DNA of 64,000 nucleotides from NCBI RefSeq assembly GCF_057098645.1, contig NZ_CM169472.1; one strand, 5' to 3'. Shown piece by piece: positions 36,451 to 46,130 of this stretch (position 1 is its first letter; each line of letters starts with the position of its first letter). The notes under the pieces were generated by a model. It saw only the letters and a program-made list of their open reading frames with translations, ran no database searches and was not told where the DNA came from. The position numbers and the translations under genes were made by a program.

Positions 36451-36541
36451 TAGACTGGCCCCCTGAATCTCCAGACAACCAGTATCACTTAAATAAGTGA
36501 TAGTCTTAATACTAGTTTTTAGACTAGTCATTGGAGAACAG

Positions 36542-36907
36542 ATGATTGATGTCTTAGGGCCGGAGAAACGCAGACGGCGTACCACACAGGAAAAGATCGC
36601 AATTGTTCAGCAGAGCTTTGAACCGGGGATGACGGTCTCCCTCGTTGCCCGGCAACATGGTGTAGCAGCCAGCCAGTTATTTCTCTGGCGTAAGCAATAC
36701 CAGGAAGGAAGTCTTACTGCTGTGGCCGCCGGAGAACAGGTTGTTCCTGCCTCTGAACTTGCTGCCGCCATGAAGCAGATTAAAGAACTCCAGCGCCTGC
36801 TCGGCAAGAAAACGATGGAAAATGAACTCCTCAAAGAAGCCGTTGAATATGGACGGGCAAAAAAGTGGATAGCGCACGCGCCCTTATTGCCCGGGGATGG
36901 GGAGTAA
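36542..36907 (+). CDS. insC: IS2 transposase OrfA (InsC)
   Basis: [57 protein letters not shown]6G slippery motif near 36859-36865. Confidence 0.95.
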
Positions 36908-37770
36908 GCTTAGTCAGCCGTTGTCTCCGGGTGTCGCGTGCGCAGTTGCACGTCATTCTCAGACGAACCGATGACTGGATGGATGGCCGCCGCAGTCGTC
37001 ACACTGATGATACGGATGTGCTTCTCCGTATACACCATGTTATCGGAGAGCTGCCCACGTATGGTTATCGTCGGGTATGGGCGCTGCTTCGCAGACAGGC
37101 AGAACTTGATGGTATGCCTGCGATCAATGCCAAACGTGTTTACCGGATCATGCGCCAGAATGCGCTGTTGCTTGAGCGAAAACCTGCTGTACCGCCATCG
37201 AAACGGGCACATACAGGCAGAGTGGCCGTGAAAGAAAGCAATCAGCGATGGTGCTCTGACGGGTTCGAGTTCTGCTGTGATAACGGAGAGAGACTGCGTG
37301 TCACGTTCGCGCTGGACTGCTGTGATCGTGAGGCACTGCACTGGGCGGTGACTACCGGCGGCTTCAACAGTGAAACAGTACAGGACGTCATGCTGGGAGC
37401 GGTGGAACGCCGCTTCGGCAACGATCTTCCGTCGTCTCCAGTGGAGTGGCTGACGGATAATGGTTCATGCTACCGGGCTAATGAAACACGCCAGTTCGCC
37501 CGGATGTTGGGACTTGAACCGAAGAACACGGCGGTGCGGAGTCCGGAGAGTAACGGAATAGCAGAGAGCTTCGTGAAAACGATAAAGCGTGACTACATCA
37601 GTATCATGCCCAAACCAGACGGGTTAACGGCAGCAAAGAACCTTGCAGAGGCGTTCGAGCATTATAACGAATGGCATCCGCATAGTGCGCTGGGTTATCG
37701 CTCGCCACGGGAATATCTGCGGCAGCGGGCTTGTAATGGGTTAAGTGATAACAGATGTCTGGAAATATAG
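36865..37770 (+). CDS. insD: IS2 transposase OrfB (InsD), normally made as OrfAB by -1 frameshift
   Basis: Track ORF 301 aa with DDE integrase-like region. Confidence 0.95.
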
Positions 37771-37898
37771 GGGCAAATCCAGAAACGTCGTCAAGTTCTG
37801 CTTCAATCAGAGAGCTGTTTATGCTATGTAATTAGCTGTATTTATTTAATAATTTTAATTTTTTCATACCGGCATGCTCCATATCGCAAGACATTATC

Positions 37899-39955
37899 CT
37901 AAATAGTTTTCAGAATATTAACGGGAACATTTTCCGTTAGTTCCCCATACGAAAGTACTTCGAGGTCTCGATAACTAGATTCAATAAGTTTTTTGATAAA
38001 ACGACGAATATCCACAGATCCCAGTAAAATAATGTCTTTAATAGGAATATTGATTCCAGAAAGTGCCAGTTTAAAATTATCCAGAATCATCTCAGCTTCG
38101 GATGCATCGAGATTAAGAAAAGTACCGCCAGCGGTAGGCCTGACACCATCTCTGATTCTGTCCTCTATTTCAGGCGAAATCACAATTGCTTTAATTTCTC
38201 CAGAATATGAAAACTTATGGCAAATGTAGCGACCTAATGCACCTCGTACATGCTCGACGAGTGTGATTATATCTTTCTCTCGTGGGCTCCATAATGCTAA
38301 GGCCTCCATAACTAACCGCATATTGCGCACTGAAATTCGCTCCTGGATCAGACGCTGAATTACCTCTGAAATGCGCTGCACGGTTATATATCTTAATATT
38401 TCTTTTAATAGATCAGGATACTTCATCTCTAATTGATCAAGAATATATTTTGTTTCTTGTATACCAAAGTACTCATTAATATTATGAGCCAGACAGATAA
38501 ATGATTATACATTTCATCCATGGCCGTGCGAGTATAACAGCCAATTTTTGTTAATTTTTGAGCATCACTTTTCGTAACCCAATAATATTGTTCACCATTA
38601 CTATTTACAATGACAGGTTTCTTGATCAAAGTCGAAACCACTTCATCTGAATATTCAACCAACAAGACAAGATCATGATAAATTTTAAATTGCGAAGCTC
38701 TGACTTCATTTAGCATTAATATGACATCTTCATCATTAAGACCTTCCCCCTCACGAATGACAATACCGGGAATGCGGATACCATACTCAATAAAAAACTG
38801 ACTACGAATCCTATCAGCAAGATTGATTTCAGTGTATTTTTTAGCCTGTACACTATTCATAATCAAGACCAAGGGTACCGTTTCGGTAATAACCTGATCA
38901 AGTTTATTAATGATACCTAATGAGATATCATCATCTTGATTATAGGGTTCCAACCCAACGGTAATATCTCCCTCAACAACCGTTTCTTCAGTCCCTTTCT
39001 TTTTGAATTTAAAGTAAAAGTAAATTCCTAAGATCACTGCCAAACATAAAAACACAAGAAGGGGAAAACCTGGAAGTAACCCAATACTTAGCGCGAGGAC
39101 ACATGTCACAATAATGACAAAAGAATTACTTAATAACTGGGACATTATATTTTGCCCCATATTATCACTATCGCCATTTACGCGCGTTACGATAAATCCT
39201 GCGCTAATAGCAATTAATAAAGCTGGAATTTGAGAAACAAGACCATCACCGACGGTAAGAATTGTGTAGACGGTCAGCGCTGTTGAGAAATCCATTCCAT
39301 TTTGGCCTACTCCTACTGATAGCCCACCGATAATATTAACAAATATAATAATAATGTTTGCAATAGCATCGCCTTTGATAAATTTCATCGCACCATCAAA
39401 GGAACCATACAGCTGACTCTCTCGTTCTAATACGCTACGACGTTCTTTTGCTAAATCTGCATCAATGATCCCAGCGCGTAGATCGGCATCAATGCTCATT
39501 TGTTTACCTGGCATACCGTCAAGCGAAAAGCGGGCAGCAACTTCAGCCACACGTTCCGAACCTTTAGTAATCACGATAAACTGAACAATAGTAACAATGG
39601 AGAAAATAACAAAACCAACTACCAGGCTATCTCCAATAACGAACTCACCAAAACTCGTTATAATTTCTCCAGCATCCGCCTCAAGAAGTATAAGTCGACT
39701 GGTACTGATCGCCAGCGCCAAACGAAATAACGTTGTGATAAGGAGGATTGATGGAAATGAAGAAAAGCTTAAGATCCTATCAACATAGAATGATCCTAAA
39801 AATACAAGTATTGCCAATGTTAAGTTAAGCCCAATCAAAAAGTCTATTAAGTAGGTGGGCAATGGAATTATGAGCATGGCGATAATCATCACCATTAATC
39901 CAAGAATTATTAATTCTGGATGACTCCTTAACCCTACCAAAACTTTGTTAAACAT
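37899..39955 (-). pseudogene. eivA: T3SS export-apparatus protein EivA (InvA/FlhA family), split by a frameshift into 508-aa and 175-aa ORFs
   Basis: Track ORFs 38429..39955 and 37899..38426 lie in different frames 2 nt apart; together about 683 aa, the size of InvA. Confidence 0.8.
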
Positions 39956-41117
39956 TGAACATCACCTTCTTCCATGGTTTTTTATTTTGTTTTTTGTTAC
40001 AGTTTTGTGTATCAAAGAGCTCTGCTGCAAATGTTACTTTTATTGCCTGTTTACAACACTCCCTAATCTCTAATAATTGTTCATTATTAATAAAAAGTGA
40101 AAATGGAAGATTTGTACATCCACTGTAAATCGCCTTCAGGAGTAACGTTTTGTCTTTATAATTAGCATCTGCGGGTAGGGTCACCAGTGCATTGTTCAGG
40201 AGTTCCTCTGCAGTCTCAGGAAATTTTATTAACGATATCAGAAAAAATATCCAGTAATCTTCTGCGCTGATAAATTTTTTAATTATTGGGTTATTCATTA
40301 AAGTTTTCAGAAATAAAGCCTCTGCCGATTGAAGAGACAATAGTTGTGACAACTTATTGAGAAACATACCAAATTCCAATGATGAACAACTCGCATCAAG
40401 TGCATTTATATCTGAAAAAAGCGTCTCTTTGATAAATTTTGTCACCAGCATTCTATTTTGATAACCATAACTTCCAATCCATTCGACATAAGTATCTACA
40501 GCATCGTCTTCTGCCATTAAAAATTGCCGATAACTCGCCCTTAGTAATTTTGGATTAAATGACAGCGCCTGGCCAAATAACTTTGCTTTTAATGCCGAGT
40601 TAATGCCGCTATTAATGAATTTTTTAGTAGTCTCTTGATTAACTTTTCTAAGTAATGCTTCAGCGTTTAGCCGGACATTTTCTGATATTTGTTTTTTACG
40701 TAAAATTGCACGTAACACAACTACCAGATCGCTTTCATCTGGGAATAATTTTTTTGCAAAGCTATACACTTCATAGTCATGGGTAGTTGCAGCCTTAAGC
40801 GCCTCCATAACTTTGTCGGTTTTTTCTATTGGCTGGTCTTCCAGGACATATTCTTCTCCGTCCAGAAAATTGGCCAGTTGTTCTTCGTAGATTTTTTTCT
40901 TCATAAACTGCGTTAACGCTGCTGACATCTCGTCAGTAGCTTGTAAGAACCGAGCTTCTTTACCTGCGGGATCATCCCCCATTTTAGGCATTTCAGCTTC
41001 AATATCTTCATTATCTTCTGTGATAATGTCCTCTAAGCGAGAAACTTCCCTGGCTCTTTCTAATACACCGACATGCTCTACATGAATCGCCATTTCACTA
41101 TCCTCCGACGACTTCAC
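39948..41117 (-). CDS. eivE: T3SS gatekeeper-like protein EivE (InvE/SepL/YopN family), 389 aa
   Basis: Position between eivG and eivA as in invF-G-E-A; overlaps neighbours at both ends; acidic helical protein. Confidence 0.75.
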   Translation of the reverse strand: MKSSEDSEMAIHVEHVGVLERAREVSRLEDIITEDNEDIEAEMPKMGDDPAGKEARFLQATDEMSAALTQFMKKKIYEEQLANFLDGEEYVLEDQPIEKTDKVMEALKAATTHDYEVYSFAKKLFPDESDLVVVLRAILRKKQISENVRLNAEALLRKVNQETTKKFINSGINSALKAKLFGQALSFNPKLLRASYRQFLMAEDDAVDTYVEWIGSYGYQNRMLVTKFIKETLFSDINALDASCSSLEFGMFLNKLSQLLSLQSAEALFLKTLMNNPIIKKFISAEDYWIFFLISLIKFPETAEELLNNALVTLPADANYKDKTLLLKAIYSGCTNLPFSLFINNEQLLEIRECCKQAIKVTFAAELFDTQNCNKKQNKKPWKKVMFNV

Positions 41118-42801
41118 GATTCAGGTAAGTTTTTATCCATTTCTGCAGTAATTCATCGTTAATTTCTTTATTTTTTGCCATTTGCTGTGTAATCGCTCTG
41201 GCATCAACCGCAGCCTCATTCGCATTATTCATCATGCGCTCATCGATCTCTCTTGGCTCAATAAGAAAGACACGAACGATGTTATTCGCATTTGTTCCTT
41301 CATAACCAAATAATTTACCAATAAATGGAATGCTGCCTAATATTGGGATCTTGCGACTTTCATAGGTATTCGTATCGCGTGTATATCCCCCAATCAAAAG
41401 ACTTTTCCCTTGGGGCACACGTGCAATAGTACTTATAAGCGTTCTACCAACCTGAGGCAGATCATCAACATTGGTCTTGTCAGAATTTATTTCATTGCCA
41501 TCTTCAATATTCAAGAGTAATTCAATTTGATTTCGCGCAGCAAATCGTGGTAGCACGCTAATCATCGTACCATAGGTTACTTCATCCAATTCTGCAGTAC
41601 GCTCGCCGACTAATTTAGTATAGAATGTACGGTTATTATCAAATATAGCAGGAATATTCTCCTGTGTTAAAACGACGGGACGAGCAACAACGGCGGCTCT
41701 TCTTTTTTGTGCAAGTGCCTGTATTGTTGCAATAAACTGTGTCCCATCAAGGGTACTAATTGAACCTGAATTATTAAATGATGCACTTAAGCTGGATCCA
41801 ATTTTTATCGTGCCCGACCAGTCAGCACCTAGCTGTTCTAGATCAGTCTTATCAATATCTATTATCCATAAAGATAATTCAATGTGTCGCTTTGGAATAT
41901 CAAGCGTAGCTACTAACTTCTCGATAAAATCAACCTGAGATACTGTTCCTTTAACAAGTAAACTGTTGGTATCAGGATATGCAATAATTTGTATATCGTC
42001 AGTCTCTGGCGCTCCTGCTGTCGATATTATTTTCTCTACTTGTAGGTCATCATCTTCTTCAGCACCAGGAAAAGGAGGCATACGTGATACGTTTTTTAGT
42101 TGTTGACGACTTGAAATTTCAGAAAGTACGTTCACCCCTGTGCTTTGCTTAATGTTATTATTTAACAACGTCGATAGTACTTTTGCCATGCCAGGAATAA
42201 CTATCTTTTCGCCACGTAACTCATAAGTCCGGTCATTAACGAATGTGTTGACCAGATGAATTATTCCTACTTTATTTCGACCGATCTCAATGCCATCGCT
42301 GTTTTGCTCCATTAATTTCGCAGCATTAACGACCAGGTCAACATAAACCGGTGGCCCCGATACATAGAAAGTACCATTGCCGCCCCCTTTAATTTCATAA
42401 CGAGAGTTATACAGACCCGATTTTTTTAAGAAATTATTAAACTCATTCGTCGATACCTTTCCCAGATTAATCAATGCATTACGCATCTCTGATGAGTCAT
42501 AGATATAAATAGCTTTGCCATCATCATACCAAATAAGCCCCATCTGTGCCGACAGGCGTTCAATCAAGGCATAGGGTTCTGTTAAATCAAAATTTCCACT
42601 GATCTGTTTCTTCATGGCAAGCTTACTAACTATTGTAGGCTTACCCGCATATGATGAAACCGTTTCAAAAAAACTACGTAGATTTTCTTTATTTGCTACG
42701 TATCCATTCGCTGCTGCGGCATATGCACCAGGAGTCAATAATCCATTAAAAATGCATAAGACTGAAATTAATATAATAGTAATGCGTAATTTTATTTTCA
42801 T
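41098..42801 (-). CDS. eivG: T3SS outer-membrane secretin EivG (InvG family), 567 aa
   Basis: Signal peptide; C-terminal secretin motifs (VPxLGxIPxIGxLF); size matches InvG. Confidence 0.85.
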   Translation of the reverse strand: MKIKLRITIILISVLCIFNGLLTPGAYAAAANGYVANKENLRSFFETVSSYAGKPTIVSKLAMKKQISGNFDLTEPYALIERLSAQMGLIWYDDGKAIYIYDSSEMRNALINLGKVSTNEFNNFLKKSGLYNSRYEIKGGGNGTFYVSGPPVYVDLVVNAAKLMEQNSDGIEIGRNKVGIIHLVNTFVNDRTYELRGEKIVIPGMAKVLSTLLNNNIKQSTGVNVLSEISSRQQLKNVSRMPPFPGAEEDDDLQVEKIISTAGAPETDDIQIIAYPDTNSLLVKGTVSQVDFIEKLVATLDIPKRHIELSLWIIDIDKTDLEQLGADWSGTIKIGSSLSASFNNSGSISTLDGTQFIATIQALAQKRRAAVVARPVVLTQENIPAIFDNNRTFYTKLVGERTAELDEVTYGTMISVLPRFAARNQIELLLNIEDGNEINSDKTNVDDLPQVGRTLISTIARVPQGKSLLIGGYTRDTNTYESRKIPILGSIPFIGKLFGYEGTNANNIVRVFLIEPREIDERMMNNANEAAVDARAITQQMAKNKEINDELLQKWIKTYLNREVVGG

Positions 42802-43547
42802 AACTTTTTACATAGTTCTCTCGGTGTTTTTCCTAACCGGCTTTTTACTTCGGCTGAAAAGTGTGATGAGGACGAGTAACCATATTTATGCGCAATAGTT
42901 GTCATATCACTGTTTCCTTCAATGATTTCCAACACGGCTCTGGCAACTCTCCAGCCACATAATTCCGTTTTAACTTTACCACCCAATGCATAACTACATA
43001 AACGGCGAAAATGTGAATACGATACGCCGTAAAGCTCACCAAGATCATAGAGTGAAGTCTGTATGAGCGATTGCGATAATAAATAACGAACCAGTTTATA
43101 GCATTCTGTTTTTCTTAGATGCTGAAACAGGATTTCATTAATATTATCGCTGCTCAGATAAGTGGCTAAAAACCAGGCTTCACTTGCAACTTTACTGAAT
43201 AGCACAACTTCTGATGCAAAGGGCAAGGCATCAGCAAACAATTCATGATGTTCCCTTTCCACACTCCCCGTTGATTCATCTATAAAAGCTAATAATTTAC
43301 TCAGGATATCAATGCGAAGTGGATGATAAATTACTTTCCCTGCAGTTACCTCAATTTGGCTTCGGTCAATGAGCAGTAATATATCTTCCACTACCATTAA
43401 TTTTTGATGGTTATTACCAATCGTAATAACAAGGGTTACATCCTTGTTTTCATTTCCCCGTAAGAACCACATTTCAGGGTCCAGTAGGGTTAACTTCTGT
43501 CCTTGAAGCAAAACATTCATTGGAAGTAACAGCCCTTCTTCAATCAT
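42798..43547 (-). CDS. eivF: AraC-family T3SS transcriptional regulator EivF (InvF-like), 249 aa
   Basis: C-terminal AraC-type HTH; first gene of inv-like operon; long AT-rich region upstream. Confidence 0.8.
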   Translation of the reverse strand: MIEEGLLLPMNVLLQGQKLTLLDPEMWFLRGNENKDVTLVITIGNNHQKLMVVEDILLLIDRSQIEVTAGKVIYHPLRIDILSKLLAFIDESTGSVEREHHELFADALPFASEVVLFSKVASEAWFLATYLSSDNINEILFQHLRKTECYKLVRYLLSQSLIQTSLYDLGELYGVSYSHFRRLCSYALGGKVKTELCGWRVARAVLEIIEGNSDMTTIAHKYGYSSSSHFSAEVKSRLGKTPRELCKKL

Positions 43548-43892
43548 GTTTCATCTCCTTATTCCATATTCTCATTCTCCATAAACTTGCTATAAAAACA
43601 TGATTAAAAAGTGATGATTACTATTTATAAAATAATGATTTTGTTATGAGCGAATTGCTATCAGCCACTTACACTAGTACGTCATCCTGTCCATATACAG
43701 ATTTGTAACTGTTGATATGTTTTACTTAAACACACCTCGTATTTCTTATAACACTTGTTTGGTAACTATTTTCAATACAGATCATATTTGTTAGTTCTTC
43801 ATTAACACACTGCGAGTGTTTTGTTACTCCCCGCATATATTTTATTCTCTTGTTCGATTCTATTTTTCTTAATCGATCATATAATTTTCTTG

Positions 43893-44072
43893 TTAGTCGG
43901 ATTTACGAATCATGAGACTTATAATGGAAGGAATGAGACTAAGCGGCCAGGTTAAACCTGTAATTATTGCAGCAAACAACCGATATGTTACTTTTTCTTC
44001 CGAGAAGATAAATATTAAAGTCGATGTCACAACCAGACCTATCAGGTAAGCTAACAGTAATTTATTGATCAC
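43893..44072 (-). CDS. Hypothetical small membrane protein, 59 aa (MINKLLLAYLIGLVVTSTLIFIFSEEKVTYRLFAAIITGLTWPLSLIPSIISLMIRKSD), GTG start
   Basis: Not in the ORF track as an ATG ORF; GGAGG at 44078-44082 with 5-nt spacer to GTG at 44072; two hydrophobic segments; directly downstream of ygeQ on the same strand. Confidence 0.4.
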   Translation of the reverse strand: MINKLLLAYLIGLVVTSTLIFIFSEEKVTYRLFAAIITGLTWPLSLIPSIISLMIRKSD

Positions 44073-44901
44073 TTTTACCTCCCCTTTCGATTTCTCTTTG
44101 AGCGGTCCTTTTAATCCAGGACCGCCTCATTATGAAAACTATTTAATTCCCTCATCATTGATAAGGTTGGACATCTCTTTCAACATGAGAGTCATTGAAG
44201 CTTTCGACCAATTTAGCGGAATGATAGGGCTTGGCGCTTCATGCAAAGTTCCCGACTTGTGGATATAGTTATAGCTTTCGGGAAGTGCCATTTCTGGTAC
44301 GCTCCTGCCATTTGCACCAATCATATTCTCGCCTGTTATTTGGGCCAATGATCTATTCATAAATTGTACTGAGTCATTCAAATACTCTTCTTTTCTTGAT
44401 TCTTTATAAACAATTGCTGCTGATTTTGCATACCATGAGTCAAAAAACCATTCTGCTTCTGTTGATGGAATGAAGCTCTTTTCTCTTTTTGCATGCGAAT
44501 TTTGATCGGTATCGGTTTTAATATCATTGAACCAAAAATTTGCCGACTGATAATTATCCTTCTCGTATCTTTTTATACCATACGGACCTGCTAGTTTTTT
44601 AACTATTTTTAGAACTTGCTCTTTTCTTCTGGTGTTTATCTTTGAAAGATTTGCAGGATAAATAACATTAAGTAAAGCCGCATCGGCTTCTCTGTAATGT
44701 TTATCTTTTTCCAGATAACCTGGGGATTCTCCCCCTAAATCAAGCTGTAACGTTATTCTTTCATAACCTTTATCTATGAGGTGGTTCAACCTCGTTGTTG
44801 AAAGAGTTTCATCCAGTTCATTGACTTTAGCTTCGCGTAGTAAATCAGAGACAAAAACAGAGTCTTTCTTCGAGAGTAGGTTTGACAAACTGGATTTGCC
44901 C

Positions 44902-45807
44902 CTATATTTCCAGACATCTGTTATCACTTAACCCATTACAAGCCCGCTGCCGCAGATATTCCCGTGGCGAGCGATAACCCAGCGCACTATGCGGATGCCA
45001 TTCGTTATAATGCTCGAACGCCTCTGCAAGGTTCTTTGCTGCCGTTAACCCGTCTGGTTTGGGCATGATACTGATGTAGTCACGCTTTATCGTTTTCACG
45101 AAGCTCTCTGCTATTCCGTTACTCTCCGGACTCCGCACCGCCGTGTTCTTCGGTTCAAGTCCCAACATCCGGGCGAACTGGCGTGTTTCATTAGCCCGGT
45201 AGCATGAACCATTATCCGTCAGCCACTCCACTGGAGACGACGGAAGATCGTTGCCGAAGCGGCGTTCCACCGCTCCCAGCATGACGTCCTGTACTGTTTC
45301 ACTGTTGAAGCCGCCGGTAGTCACCGCCCAGTGCAGTGCCTCACGATCACAGCAGTCCAGCGCGAACGTGACACGCAGTCTCTCTCCGTTATCACAGCAG
45401 AACTCGAACCCGTCAGAGCACCATCGCTGATTGCTTTCTTTCACGGCCACTCTGCCTGTATGTGCCCGTTTCGATGGCGGTACAGCAGGTTTTCGCTCAA
45501 GCAACAGCGCATTCTGGCGCATGATCCGGTAAACACGTTTGGCATTGATCGCAGGCATACCATCAAGTTCTGCCTGTCTGCGAAGCAGCGCCCATACCCG
45601 ACGATAACCATACGTGGGCAGCTCTCCGATAACATGGTGTATACGGAGAAGCACATCCGTATCATCAGTGTGACGACTGCGGCGGCCATCCATCCAGTCA
45701 TCGGTTCGTCTGAGAATGACGTGCAACTGCGCACGCGACACCCGGAGACAACGGCTGACTAAGCTTACTCCCCATCCCCGGGCAATAAGGGCGCGTGCGC
45801 TATCCAC
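44902..45807 (-). CDS. insD: IS2 transposase OrfB (InsD), copy 2
   Basis: Track ORF identical in translation to 36865..37770. Confidence 0.95.
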
Positions 45808-46130
45808 TTTTTTGCCCGTCCATATTCAACGGCTTCTTTGAGGAGTTCATTTTCCATCGTTTTCTTGCCGAGCAGGCGCTGGAGTTCTTTAATCTGCTTC
45901 ATGGCGGCAGCAAGTTCAGAGGCAGGAACAACCTGTTCTCCGGCGGCCACAGCAGTAAGACTTCCTTCCTGGTATTGCTTACGCCAGAGAAATAACTGGC
46001 TGGCTGCTACACCATGTTGCCGGGCAACGAGGGAGACCGTCATCCCCGGTTCAAAGCTCTGCTGAACAATTGCGATCTTTTCCTGTGTGGTACGCCGTCT
46101 GCGTTTCTCCGGCCCTAAGACATCAATCAT
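45765..46130 (-). CDS. insC: IS2 transposase OrfA (InsC), copy 2
   Basis: Track ORF 45765..46175 identical in translation to copy 1 InsC. Confidence 0.95.

Larger units (their letters stand above)
36451..37781 (+). mobile_element. IS2 copy 1 (1331 bp), full length, with 5-bp target duplication GAAAC
   Basis: Starts TAGACTGGCCCCCTGAATCTCCAGACAACC, ends GGGGCAAATCCA; encodes InsC and InsD; GAAAC at 36446-36450 and 37782-37786. Confidence 0.95.

Noticed and set aside
36607-37341. Antisense ORFs inside both IS2 copies (for example 36607..36834, 36910..37341 and their mirror images)
   Set aside because: Lie opposite insC/insD; duplicated only because the IS is duplicated.
37787-37898. Possible remnant of an invB-like chaperone gene between eivA and IS2
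   Set aside because: Only a 16-codon ORF (MEHAGMKKLKLLNKYS) is present; too short to call.
43912-44049. 45-codon plus-strand ORF (MRLIMEGMRLSGQVKPV...)
   Set aside because: Antisense to the better-supported minus-strand small ORF; no RBS; below track cutoff.
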